Positions 1 to 8,975 of a stretch of 64,000 bases of DNA are shown here, piece by piece. Every line of letters starts with the position of its first letter. Within the stretch, counting starts at the first letter, position 1. The stretch is from a virus. Location of the stretch: positions 32,001 through 96,000 of the IMG/VR virus record IMGVR_UViG_3300044797_000318; one strand, given 5' to 3'. Position numbers and translations under genes: made by a program. The notes under the pieces were generated by a model. It had not been told where the DNA came from. It saw only the letters and a list, made by a program, of their open reading frames with translations, and searched no databases.

Positions 1-1
1 A

Positions 2-307
2 AATAAAGCCGCTACGCAAAATATCGTGATTGCCAATAATGATATGAACATTGATGTCATACACTTGACATTTTTTGAGCCACGACATAAACATAGCAAT
101 AAGCGCTGGATGCGGTTTGGGGTCTTCAAACACGTCCCCAGTAATAATAATATGATCGGCATGATACTCTATGGCGCGATCAAGCGTCCAGTCCAACAAT
201 GTAAGCTGATCAGCGATACGACTATTGAGAGTGGCACCTATACCAGCTTTGCCGATATTGGTTCCTTTTCCAAGGTGCGGATCGCCTAAAAATATGGCGA
301 TTGTCAT
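2..307 (-). CDS. SbcD/Mre11/gp47-like recombination nuclease, N-terminal part (runs off window)
   Basis: Manual translation from ATG 307: MTIAIFLGDPHLG...IIITGDVFE...IIIGNHD, i.e. calcineurin-like phosphoesterase motifs DxH, GD, GNHD. Confidence 0.85.
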   Translation of the reverse strand, partial: MTIAIFLGDPHLGKGTNIGKAGIGATLNSRIADQLTLLDWTLDRAIEYHADHIIITGDVFEDPKPHPALIAMFMSWLKKCQVYDINVHIIIGNHDILRSGFI

Positions 308-377
308 GTAACCCTATCTTATATAAAATCTTGTTATAAAAATGTCTAATATTTAGATCGTATTGGCGTGAATATTT

Positions 378-665
378 TTACTTTTTGACAGGTACAGATT
401 GTACAACATCAAGTTCTTTAATGGTGTAAGACATGACATTGTAGACCCCGGCGTACATACCATCTTCGGGATCATCCATCGGTGGATCGGACTCTGAATT
501 CATCATGTCGCATTGCTGTAATGCGCGAGTTGGATCAGAATAACATCCAAAAACGTCAAAATCATCTGGAAATTTAAGCGTATCAGGCCCGGAACCAGTA
601 TCCGTATAGCCAAGAACAAGGTAAATTTTCTGAATTGTTTCCATGAAATAAATATTTCCCTTCAA
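378..665 (-). CDS. hypothetical protein
   Basis: ORF on the dominant strand; no motif recognised. Confidence 0.55.
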   Translation of the reverse strand: MKGNIYFMETIQKIYLVLGYTDTGSGPDTLKFPDDFDVFGCYSDPTRALQQCDMMNSESDPPMDDPEDGMYAGVYNVMSYTIKELDVVQSVPVKK

Positions 666-749
666 GTTGAAAATTGTTTAGTATAATCCGTCTCTATCTA
701 ATCAATATCTTTTAGAATATATAAAAATATTCCCAATGTTGAACATTTT

Positions 750-1007
750 TTATATTTCACACTTAGAGTATAAAAGTTCTATTTCCTCGGGCGATAAATC
801 ATCCTCCGAGTTTTTACCTACTTTTCGTAGATATTTATTGAGTTCTCTGATATATTGATTGCCATTGATAGCAACTATCTTACCAATAGTCCAACCTTTG
901 GCGGGCGACAAATTATCACCATAAAGCACTTCCAAGTCCGTACGAATTGGAAAAGCGCCCACATATGTTGGCTCCGAAACTGAATAATAACCGTCTTCTA
1001 TTGTCAT
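750..1007 (-). CDS. hypothetical protein
   Basis: ORF with ATGA overlap to upstream gene. Confidence 0.6.
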   Translation of the reverse strand: MTIEDGYYSVSEPTYVGAFPIRTDLEVLYGDNLSPAKGWTIGKIVAINGNQYIRELNKYLRKVGKNSEDDLSPEEIELLYSKCEI

Positions 1008-1642
1008 GGCTTATAGTGATTGATATAATCTTTCAGTTGTTCGACCGTGCGAAATAACGCTTCGTTATCAAGGCTCTTGTGTCTCAAATTAATTTGATCG
1101 TAAGCCTCACACGCTCGCTCCACATATACCCGCGCTTCTTCGGTAGAGTAAGTTTGATAAAAATCTCGGACAGTATTGGAAAAATCCATCATAATTTTGA
1201 GGCGTCCATCGGCATCCACAGGAGACAGGTAGTTATCGTCATCCACATCACCTACGTTATCCTTGAATAGATCTAATACTTTGACGGCCGCTTTAACAAG
1301 ACTAATACCATCCATAGCTGCCACAAAATGTGGGGCGTGAGCAAAGGGACCACCTATGCGACAACCGAAACAACAAAAACTGTTAGTCTCACTATAATAC
1401 TTGAATGAGGCTGTACTCTCACGACCACCCTTGTGCGATTTGAAAGGGCATGTAATTTTGTAATGCATATCATTACAATGAATGGCGTAATGCTTAAATA
1501 TTTTAAGCAGAGGAACCGTACTAGCCAGATCGATTAAGTTCTGATAATGATCTTTTCCTGTAAAAGCAGCTGCAATATCTCCAGCTTCGCTTGGTGTTTG
1601 GCTATGGCCATCGGATCTGGCTGTATTTGATAACGGGCACAT
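1004..1642 (-). CDS. CHC2 zinc-finger (primase zinc-binding domain) protein
   Basis: CPFKSHKGGRESTASF...FCCFGC...FVAAMDGISLVKAA matches the DnaG CHC2 domain; no TOPRIM domain follows. Confidence 0.8.
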   Translation of the reverse strand: MCPLSNTARSDGHSQTPSEAGDIAAAFTGKDHYQNLIDLASTVPLLKIFKHYAIHCNDMHYKITCPFKSHKGGRESTASFKYYSETNSFCCFGCRIGGPFAHAPHFVAAMDGISLVKAAVKVLDLFKDNVGDVDDDNYLSPVDADGRLKIMMDFSNTVRDFYQTYSTEEARVYVERACEAYDQINLRHKSLDNEALFRTVEQLKDYINHYKP

Positions 1643-1713
1643 AATTGTGAATACTCCCCAAAAAGTTCTTTTTCCTCAGAAATTAGTGAAAGAAGTAGCT
1701 CTTTGGGCGTCAT
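1534..1713 (-). CDS. hypothetical small protein
   Basis: ATG 1713 overlaps upstream TGA (ATGA). Confidence 0.55.
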   Translation of the reverse strand: MTPKELLLSLISEEKELFGEYSQLCARYQIQPDPMAIAKHQAKLEILQLLLQEKIIIRT

Positions 1714-1772
1714 TTGACTTCCCAAACTCTTTTTCCATTTATTGTATTGGTTACCTTATACATAGAGTGCAT
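1710..1772 (-). pseudogene. 20-codon remnant of a GIY-YIG endonuclease N-terminus
   Basis: MHSMYKVTNTINGKRVWEVK* resembles the Y-x-x-x-N-x-(I/V)-NGK starts of the GIY-YIG genes at 22446 and 33192. Confidence 0.45.
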
Positions 1773-1810
1773 ACTGTGATGCGCTATAATGGCTGTTTGT
1801 CCGAATAATA

Positions 1811-2311
1811 TTAAACATCGATTTTTTTCTTGTCAAGCGCTTTGGTAATTTCTTTGTTTATATAATCAGTGAGAGACTGGGAATCTAATTTCTTTTGGAG
1901 GACGCCCGTAGCATATTCCAATTCATTGATACGATCTCTCTGAGCCAGAGAGGTCTTGAATAAACAAGTGATGACAGTCAAAGACCCCATACCCTCTTGC
2001 TCATTAGGATCATTGTTGATTTCAATAGCCAGTTGAATCATATTTTGCAGCATCTCTTTTTCTGATTCTGCCAGAAAAATATTACGATTCTGAGGGAGTG
2101 TCTTATCCATAATGGCCTTATTGAACCGAATAAAAAGATCGGCAGCACGAGACTTGTAGGAAGATTTTTTCTCTTCTACAGCTTGTACTTTCTGCTGAAA
2201 CTCTTGTGGGCTGGGAGCTTTAGGCTTCCCTTCAAACATAGATTTCTGCCCAATCTTCTTGAGACCAACTTTGGGCGCATAATCCTTGGGGTCTTTTTCC
2301 TCAAATGGCAT
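1811..2311 (-). CDS. hypothetical protein
   Basis: 166-aa ORF in operon-like array. Confidence 0.7.
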   Translation of the reverse strand: MPFEEKDPKDYAPKVGLKKIGQKSMFEGKPKAPSPQEFQQKVQAVEEKKSSYKSRAADLFIRFNKAIMDKTLPQNRNIFLAESEKEMLQNMIQLAIEINNDPNEQEGMGSLTVITCLFKTSLAQRDRINELEYATGVLQKKLDSQSLTDYINKEITKALDKKKIDV

Positions 2312-2318
2312 TTAGACC

Positions 2319-2753
2319 TTACTTCTTGTTTGGAACCAAAGGTTGTGGAGCGCGGGCTACGATCACAAATCTGTCAGCTAACTCTACAATAAACTTGCTT
2401 CCTAATGCCGACTCCAAAGATGGCAAAGTGGCAGAGGAACGGATAGTACAATAAAGCTTACTTGGCTCTACCGTGACGGGGGTAACGTGCATACGAACGG
2501 TTTGATCTGGCAAACCAAACATTTGGATTGGAAGATTTTCAATTTCAGCCCAAATTAGTTCAGCCTGAGTTTTTGCTGGGGGAGTTGGACGAGGTGCGGG
2601 GGCTACTGGAGGAGTAGCAACTGGCGGCTTGGGCTTACTGGCTGCCAACACTTTCTTAGGATCGACTTTCTTAGCCGACTTTAAAATTACTTTTTTGGCT
2701 GTGGGTGATTTCTTGACAGTAACTCTGACGACTTGTTTAGCTTGCTTGGGCAT
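2319..2753 (-). CDS. hypothetical protein with Lys/Pro-rich N-terminus
   Basis: GGAG RBS before ATG 2753; basic, Pro-rich N-terminal half. Confidence 0.65.
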   Translation of the reverse strand: MPKQAKQVVRVTVKKSPTAKKVILKSAKKVDPKKVLAASKPKPPVATPPVAPAPRPTPPAKTQAELIWAEIENLPIQMFGLPDQTVRMHVTPVTVEPSKLYCTIRSSATLPSLESALGSKFIVELADRFVIVARAPQPLVPNKK

Positions 2754-2773
2754 GATTATCTCCGATAATGGTT

Positions 2774-3079
2774 TCAAGAAATACATATATCAGCAAATAC
2801 GTCTTTCAAAACGCCAGTTAAAACACAACCGCAAATTCTTTTAACTTCTCGACCCTCTCGCAAAACCAAGAGAGTTGGAACGGAATCGATAAAAAATCTT
2901 TTACACTGATTACTGAACTGATCAACATCTATTGCATAGAAGGGGACTTGATACTTTTCTTTGATCTTATCAATCATAACAAGATATTTTTTATGATAAG
3001 GCATCCAAGAAGTATAAAAATACATAGATTGTAAAGGCAAATCTATTTGTAGGTCTTCTTCTCGTGTAATGAAAATCAT
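2774..3079 (-). CDS. thioredoxin-fold protein lacking CxxC
   Basis: FYTSWMPYHK at the WCGPC position; IDVD, SVPTL (cis-Pro) and GREVKR..G motifs. Confidence 0.7.
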   Translation of the reverse strand: MIFITREEDLQIDLPLQSMYFYTSWMPYHKKYLVMIDKIKEKYQVPFYAIDVDQFSNQCKRFFIDSVPTLLVLREGREVKRICGCVLTGVLKDVFADICIS

Positions 3080-3080
3080 T

Positions 3081-3341
3081 TCAATTCTTGAGGTCCTTCT
3101 TATCTTTAGCAGTATTTTCCAATTTAGAAATAAAATCTTTGATATTTTTAGATGATTGTGCTTTTTCTAAAACTACTTGAGCCACTCTTTTAGCAATCTC
3201 TTCAGTAGCTACGGTCAATTCTTCTTGAGTAAAAAGACCCTTTTCAAGGAGTAATTTCTCTAAAGCAGTTATTCGCAACATAGCGTCAGCCATTAGAATA
3301 TCGCTAGTTATTTCTTGCTTGTCTATTTTTTTATCGATCAT
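3081..3341 (-). CDS. hypothetical protein
   Basis: ORF with AAGGA RBS. Confidence 0.65.
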   Translation of the reverse strand: MIDKKIDKQEITSDILMADAMLRITALEKLLLEKGLFTQEELTVATEEIAKRVAQVVLEKAQSSKNIKDFISKLENTAKDKKDLKN

Positions 3342-3362
3342 AATTACAATCCTTTTAATATA

Positions 3363-3890
3363 TCAATGACATGAGCACTTTTTATATTTCTTCCCAGAAC
3401 CACAAGAACACGGTTCATTGGGACCAACCTTAGCGGCTTTGACGACCGTAACAGGGGTGGGCACTTTTCGATCCATGAATAAAGTAGAGTTGAGGTGATC
3501 TAACTCGTGTTGACAAACCACAGCCACCAATCCGGTCGCCACAAAACTATGAGGCTCTACTAAATTATTAGAAACATGTATTTCTTGAAATCGAATAGTA
3601 TTTTCTAAACGACCAGGAAAAGATAAACAACCTTCCTCTTCAAAAAGGGCTGGGTCGAATCCTGATAGGAGCTTAGCATTAATTAAATTTAAACTAATCT
3701 TAGGTAATCTAACAATGGCAATATTCTTGGCAAGACCTATTTGTGGCGCTGCCAAACCAATTCCGGCACGACCAATCCTATTACCGTACTCTAATTCTTT
3801 TTCCAAAGCTTCAATAAGTGCTCCCGCTTCTTCTAAGAGAACGGGCTCACAAATTACTCGAAGGGCCGCTTCATTGTTAGTAATAATCAT
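3363..3890 (-). CDS. def: peptide deformylase with C-terminal SEC-C motif
   Basis: GIGLAAPQIG, EGCLS and QHELDHL motifs; C-terminal KVGPNEPCSCGSGKKYKKC. Confidence 0.93.
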   Translation of the reverse strand: MIITNNEAALRVICEPVLLEEAGALIEALEKELEYGNRIGRAGIGLAAPQIGLAKNIAIVRLPKISLNLINAKLLSGFDPALFEEEGCLSFPGRLENTIRFQEIHVSNNLVEPHSFVATGLVAVVCQHELDHLNSTLFMDRKVPTPVTVVKAAKVGPNEPCSCGSGKKYKKCSCH

Positions 3891-3910
3891 CTCTTACCTA
3901 TATCAAACAA

Positions 3911-4108
3911 TTATTTTTTGCCGCAACCACAGCCCTTAGTACGGGGAGGGGAATTCTGTATTCTTTTCAAACAAACAGTGCAAATATGGTCCTTAGCGGA
4001 ACATAATTCACAGATAACCGCAATATTAACTACCACGGCTCCCTGACAGCGATGACAAGTTTTTTTAGTATATACAAAAGCTAATTTACTACAACCGCTG
4101 CACATCAT
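3911..4108 (-). CDS. small Cys-rich (zinc-binding) protein
   Basis: four CxxC pairs. Confidence 0.6.
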   Translation of the reverse strand: MMCSGCSKLAFVYTKKTCHRCQGAVVVNIAVICELCSAKDHICTVCLKRIQNSPPRTKGCGCGKK

Positions 4109-4109
4109 A

Positions 4110-4370
4110 TTATTTTATATTCTTGGCAGAGTTGACATCTTCTAATATATCAGAAGCTTCTTTGAGAAGATTTTTGGTTTCGGCAAACCACAAATAATTG
4201 CTAATAATTTCGCGTGCTTGATGATAGTCTTCGGCCGGATCGCAGGCATCAAGGCAGGACTGACAAATCTTGAAACGAGTGACATTGATTTTAGACGAGG
4301 CTATGCTTTGCAGATCATCCGAATTGAACTCCTGAGCACATATCACACAATTTGTTGATTTGTCCGTCAT
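4110..4370 (-). CDS. small zinc-finger protein
   Basis: CVIC...CQSC. Confidence 0.6.
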   Translation of the reverse strand: MTDKSTNCVICAQEFNSDDLQSIASSKINVTRFKICQSCLDACDPAEDYHQAREIISNYLWFAETKNLLKEASDILEDVNSAKNIK

Positions 4371-4449
4371 AACAACATCCTATATCCTGAGGTTGTTATT
4401 TATACCACATTATTACACAAAACAAATGTTTTACTACCATCCTAATCTT

Positions 4450-4962
4450 TTAATAACTTAAAAAGTCGTCCCACCCCTCAAACCAGTGTTCCTGCGGATC
4501 CGCCACATAATAATGAGCAGAAAAAGAGGGATGAGTAGGCTTTCTCAACAATTTCATACCGGCTTGTTCTGGTGTGAAAGCCGCTTTCTTATTATTACAG
4601 TCTTGACAAGAAACTACACAATTGACAAAAGAAGTAATGCCGCCTTGTGCCCTAGGTAGAACGTGGTCGATGGTAATCTGAGAGGCAGTTAGCTTTCTAC
4701 CACAGTACTGACAAGTGTTCCTATCTCTCTTGACAAGAGCCTTGCGACTAAAATTGGAATTGAAATAGTTCCTGCGTACGTGATTTTTCAATCTTAAAAT
4801 AGCGGGGTGTTTCACTTTTCCAGCGCCCCAGGTGACATAGTCATCCCACGAGGAAATAACTTCTACTTTGTCTTTGAAGAGTAGTTTAAAAACTTTTCTC
4901 TCAGGTATGAAAGATAATACCTCATAAGACGCATTTAATAAAAGTGTCTTTTTGGACATCAC
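4450..4962 (-). CDS. HNH endonuclease (McrA-like family)
   Basis: LLLNASYE...RDRNTCQYCG...TIDHVLPRAQGG...NCVVSCQDCNNKK. Confidence 0.9.
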   Translation of the reverse strand: MMSKKTLLLNASYEVLSFIPERKVFKLLFKDKVEVISSWDDYVTWGAGKVKHPAILRLKNHVRRNYFNSNFSRKALVKRDRNTCQYCGRKLTASQITIDHVLPRAQGGITSFVNCVVSCQDCNNKKAAFTPEQAGMKLLRKPTHPSFSAHYYVADPQEHWFEGWDDFLSY

Positions 4963-5024
4963 ATAAGCCTTTAATAAAAATGTTAATATATTGTTCTAAC
5001 TTTGAATTCATTTGCTAACCAATT

Positions 5025-5705
5025 TCACAAATCGGAAAGGGCATCTCGAATGTCTTTCCCATCAATCTCGTTACCTAGACAAGTCCAACCAGGACGGATA
5101 CGCCTAGCAAACAATTCTAGTTTATGGGCTGTTGGAAACATTATTTCCAAAGAGTTTTGCAAGCATTCTGGTTTAGCAGAGTGTTTTAGGTTTTCAGCAA
5201 AGGAAACAGAACGTTGTGATTTATTGTTTAATTGCTTATAAATCTTATTGCTGCTTATTCCAATTAAACAAATTTCGTGGGTTTGTCGGAAAAGACGCCC
5301 CATACCAAAAGCTAAAATAGAAGACATGTTGACATTTCTTATCGTATTAAGAAATATTGTAATGTAGCTCTTATAATTTACGTCAGTTACCTTTTTAGGT
5401 TTAGCAAGGCGAATGAAATCGGCAAGTGGTATTTTCTTAGTCTTGACCCAGACATAAGTTTGCTTGTGTTGAAAGCCCCAAGCTTTCATAGTATCCAAGC
5501 CATCTTGCAGCAAGGAGCTGGGCACCCATAAACATAAGACAGCCCCGTCAGAATGGCAATAGTCCTTTACGGGCAGCTCACGAATTTCCTGCATTGTCAT
5601 GGTATCGTAGTTGGCCTGAGCCCCACGTTTGACATCGGACATTTTTAAAGAATCTTTGAAATTCCAGGGTGGGTCACAAACAATACAGGTAAATTTTTTA
5701 CTCAT
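5025..5705 (-). CDS. MT-A70 family N6-adenine methyltransferase
   Basis: DPPW catalytic motif; LCLWV, AWGF, HSAKP, LELFAR motifs. Confidence 0.9.
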   Translation of the reverse strand: MSKKFTCIVCDPPWNFKDSLKMSDVKRGAQANYDTMTMQEIRELPVKDYCHSDGAVLCLWVPSSLLQDGLDTMKAWGFQHKQTYVWVKTKKIPLADFIRLAKPKKVTDVNYKSYITIFLNTIRNVNMSSILAFGMGRLFRQTHEICLIGISSNKIYKQLNNKSQRSVSFAENLKHSAKPECLQNSLEIMFPTAHKLELFARRIRPGWTCLGNEIDGKDIRDALSDL

Positions 5706-6649
5706 TTCTTGTTCCTCAACAATGCTTTTGCTAATAAAAACATCCTATCATCATCGCCATCTTGTTTAAACACATTTATTTGGTTTAATATAAATCTAAC
5801 ATTAGACTTTACATAACCATTGCTTGGTATAATTTTATCTATCGATATGGAGTTCCATTGAAAACCCGTTCCACAATGTTTTAGATTATCTCGTCGTTTT
5901 TGCATTGGTATTCCAGTCAATTCGCACTTCCACTCAATTTTATTAAGTCTATCAAGAATCCACTCTTTATCTAAATCAAACGGTATAGATTCTTTTTTAC
6001 TTATATATTTTGTTCGTCTTGTGATTTCCGCAGCAATACCCTTATCAGTTAATCGATAATCTTTTACTGTTTTACTTTCGCATTTTTGGCAAACATTATT
6101 TTCCCAATATCCTTTTTGATTATTACCGCGTAATCTGAATTGTTTCAAATCTAGCCATTCATCACAAATTTTACACAATTTTTGCTTACCATCTTCGCTA
6201 TAAATGTTTTCACGCTCTCTCAAAATATACCCATACTCACATTCAGTGCATTTGGTACCATTTACCCTATCACCAATCCAAGCCCTCCATTCGTGATTAT
6301 TTATACATTTCCACCATACTTTTTTCTTTGTATTAGGTAATACTTTTTCTGGTATTAATTCATTTCTATCATAGTTCCATTCTTTTGCGACACCAGGAAA
6401 TAAAGTTAGTAAGCAATTATCTATGCACGCCAATTTATTGGCGCAATATGGGCACCCATTTTTCATAAAAACGCGAGCGTGTATAGAGGCTTCCCATTCG
6501 TGATTTTTAAAACAAATCCACCACACTTTGGCAGAACTGCTCTTATAATAAGCTTCTGGCGACAAAGCATTTTTTGTATAATTCCATTCCAAACATAAAG
6601 CGGGAGCGTCAATTTTCAGATTATAACTGTCAAGATTTCTTTTTACCAT
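5702..6649 (-). CDS. zinc-ribbon repeat (DUF4379-like) putative endonuclease
   Basis: two EW..N....KVWW.C..NHEW...C..C repeats; C-terminal CELTG...SIDKIIPSNGYVKSNVRF HNH-like domain. Confidence 0.75.
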   Translation of the reverse strand: MVKRNLDSYNLKIDAPALCLEWNYTKNALSPEAYYKSSSAKVWWICFKNHEWEASIHARVFMKNGCPYCANKLACIDNCLLTLFPGVAKEWNYDRNELIPEKVLPNTKKKVWWKCINNHEWRAWIGDRVNGTKCTECEYGYILRERENIYSEDGKQKLCKICDEWLDLKQFRLRGNNQKGYWENNVCQKCESKTVKDYRLTDKGIAAEITRRTKYISKKESIPFDLDKEWILDRLNKIEWKCELTGIPMQKRRDNLKHCGTGFQWNSISIDKIIPSNGYVKSNVRFILNQINVFKQDGDDDRMFLLAKALLRNKK

Positions 6650-6697
6650 ATCAACATATATAACTATTGATAGGCGGGTCTGAAATAATTACTTGAA

Positions 6698-6979
6698 TTA
6701 TAAAAATATCTTCAATTTTAACATTTTCAATGCGGCAGCTTCATCATTAAAATGCTTGCCAAATGGATAAATCCAATCATCATCTTGTAATTCTTGATGA
6801 TCAGCTCGTAAAATTTCATTAGGATTTCCGCCTAATGTTTTGAACGCCGAAAACTTTAAAGCAATAACAAAATAATCACCAATATTATTTCTCATCTCAT
6901 AAAGAAGTCCATTTTCATTAATGATTACCTCTTCTCCTTCATAAAATTTCTCCCAATATTTTTTAATTTCCGGATGCAT
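6698..6979 (-). CDS. hypothetical protein, KAF(W/L)-like C-terminal family
   Basis: ends ...ALKMLKLKIFL. Confidence 0.65.
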   Translation of the reverse strand: MHPEIKKYWEKFYEGEEVIINENGLLYEMRNNIGDYFVIALKFSAFKTLGGNPNEILRADHQELQDDDWIYPFGKHFNDEAAALKMLKLKIFL

Positions 6980-6983
6980 TGTT

Positions 6984-7823
6984 TCACTTAATAATTAACA
7001 TCGGCAATTCCATTCTGCTAGAAGAGCCATCTATCTGAATATCTTGCACCGCTTCCATTTTCTCTTTGGTCACGGATTCTAATTTGCGAATGGTTACTCG
7101 ATAAGATCCGGTATTTAATGAGGCCATCCACTTACCGTTTCCAATTGTTCTTGTCTTGAATACTATCTGCATAGTATTGATATCGATAATTTCTACATTG
7201 GCTAAGAAAATAGCTTTCCCATTTTTATCTACACAGCGCTGCATAATAGCAACTTGATTGGGAGCTGTATCTGTTGTTGGCTGAGATTTTGTTGTCTTGG
7301 CTGGGGGCGCCATTACTGCACCAGCTCCCTTTTTAGAGGAAGCTTGTGGCGGCACTATAATTTCAGAACCAGCAGTACGCCCTGGTGGCGGCGGAACTGC
7401 CTGTTGCCCCGGAGGAGCAGACGGCATAGTTGGAAGCTGCATAGGTAGTTTTATCTCTTGCTGTGGAGGCTGCTGCTTATCCTTTACATAAGTTTCTGGT
7501 CTGGAATTACGTCGAAACCCATGTGGAGAATTTTCTTGTGGCAAACTAGATTCCACCACAAATGGAATATTTCTCTCTGGATCATTTCCGGGAAGATTAA
7601 CTACTCCCTTAGGAATCATTGGCAGCGGAGGGGTCTGCACCGTCTCTACAATAATCTTGGGGGGTGGCCCTTGCTGCTTGTCAAGACGCGTAATTACTTC
7701 ATTTAATTTATTAGACAGTATCTTATTATTTAAGTCTGATGCGCGAAAGAGTCCTATCAAAGTATCAACTTTAGCTTCTAAATCTAATAATACATCTGTT
7801 GCTTTTCTTGGTTCCTGTCCCAT
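6984..7823 (-). CDS. hypothetical protein: coiled-coil, Pro-rich linker, C-terminal prealbumin-like beta-sandwich
   Basis: C-terminal VDKNGKAIFLANVEI...TRTIGNGKW...LNTGSYRVTI resembles carboxypeptidase-regulatory-like domains. Confidence 0.65.
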   Translation of the reverse strand: MGQEPRKATDVLLDLEAKVDTLIGLFRASDLNNKILSNKLNEVITRLDKQQGPPPKIIVETVQTPPLPMIPKGVVNLPGNDPERNIPFVVESSLPQENSPHGFRRNSRPETYVKDKQQPPQQEIKLPMQLPTMPSAPPGQQAVPPPPGRTAGSEIIVPPQASSKKGAGAVMAPPAKTTKSQPTTDTAPNQVAIMQRCVDKNGKAIFLANVEIIDINTMQIVFKTRTIGNGKWMASLNTGSYRVTIRKLESVTKEKMEAVQDIQIDGSSSRMELPMLIIK

Positions 7824-7832
7824 TGTACCCTT

Positions 7833-8561
7833 TTATTCTAAGAAAAGGCCAACTTTCACCTTTATTCTCTTGATAATAATTATATCATCAATTGGGATAG
7901 GATTTCCATCGCACATCTCATGTTCTCCAAAAACTAAGGCCCTAGCTTGGTCTTCAATCTCTTCCTTGGGACCAGAACAAACCGGTATACCAGTAACAAT
8001 GAGTAAGAATAAATTATCTTCTAAATCAGATACTACTGATAACAAATCATCATCACCAACTGATTGGTGAGGAGGGGCGGCAAACTGTTCCGGCAACCCC
8101 TCAATCACCACTTGACCCTGATTGAATTGAGGTTGAATATCATCAGCATTAATTCCATTTTGGAAACCAAATGCTTGGTCACTTACAAAATCATTATTAT
8201 CAATCATTTCTTTGTTAGGATCGATTGGTGTTGAGTTTAATTCACCTGTTAAATCATCCACAATTTCACCATCCACACTAGACCATGTATGCTCCATATT
8301 ATTACCTACATTAGGAACTGGGCCTCTACCCCTACCGATTGGAGAAATGGTAGTCTCAGCATAGGGCTGACGAAGAGGTGCACGTTTAAGACGTGGATTA
8401 TCGGGACTGGGCCCGGCAATTTTTACATTACCAGGCAGTATAGCCCCTTTATATTCTTGCGGTTCTATACCATGAACCTGATGCTGCGGCACATACGGCT
8501 TATAGTCCACAGGTCTATTCCTATTAGGGTTAGTATATATTTTTGTTTTTCCATCAGTCAT
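7833..8561 (-). CDS. hypothetical protein
   Basis: 242-aa ORF in array. Confidence 0.7.
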   Translation of the reverse strand: MTDGKTKIYTNPNRNRPVDYKPYVPQHQVHGIEPQEYKGAILPGNVKIAGPSPDNPRLKRAPLRQPYAETTISPIGRGRGPVPNVGNNMEHTWSSVDGEIVDDLTGELNSTPIDPNKEMIDNNDFVSDQAFGFQNGINADDIQPQFNQGQVVIEGLPEQFAAPPHQSVGDDDLLSVVSDLEDNLFLLIVTGIPVCSGPKEEIEDQARALVFGEHEMCDGNPIPIDDIIIIKRIKVKVGLFLE

Positions 8562-8573
8562 GTTAGTTCCAAA

Positions 8574-8960
8574 TTATTCTGAATAACGATTGCGCTTAGT
8601 AGTTCGCTCTCTACGATTCTTGGCGTGTTCCGAATGTCGGCACTCACCTTTACTACACATTTCCATTTGCTTGCGCTTGGATTCGTTAATCTTTCTCCTA
8701 CGTTTGTCGGAGGGCTTCTCGTACGATTGCTTTTCTTTATATGCGGAAAGAACTCTTTCCTTTTGCACGAGGGCTCGGAAAGCTCTGAGAGCTTTATCGA
8801 AATTGTTGCCGTAGACTTTGACTTCAAGCGGTTGAGCTTGAATAGCCTCTCCTGGGCCTACTCTATGGTCGTTGACTGCGACTGGCTGCGTTTCACCTCC
8901 CCTCGGTGCCTTTTTGAAGTTTCTTCTATTTCTTTTATTTCTTTTATTTTGGTCTTTCAT
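8574..8960 (-). CDS. rpsU: ribosomal protein bS21 with extensions
   Basis: VKVYGNNFDKALRAFRALVQKERVLSAYKEKQSYEKPSDKRRRK matches the bS21 core. Confidence 0.88.
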   Translation of the reverse strand: MKDQNKRNKRNRRNFKKAPRGGETQPVAVNDHRVGPGEAIQAQPLEVKVYGNNFDKALRAFRALVQKERVLSAYKEKQSYEKPSDKRRRKINESKRKQMEMCSKGECRHSEHAKNRRERTTKRNRYSE

Positions 8961-8975
8961 AATCGAAAACCCGTT

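Noticed and set aside
26-289. Plus-strand 87-aa ORF, and the many similar short shadow ORFs in the track
   Set aside because: They are antisense or out of frame to well-supported genes (here the SbcD-like nuclease) and have no motifs.
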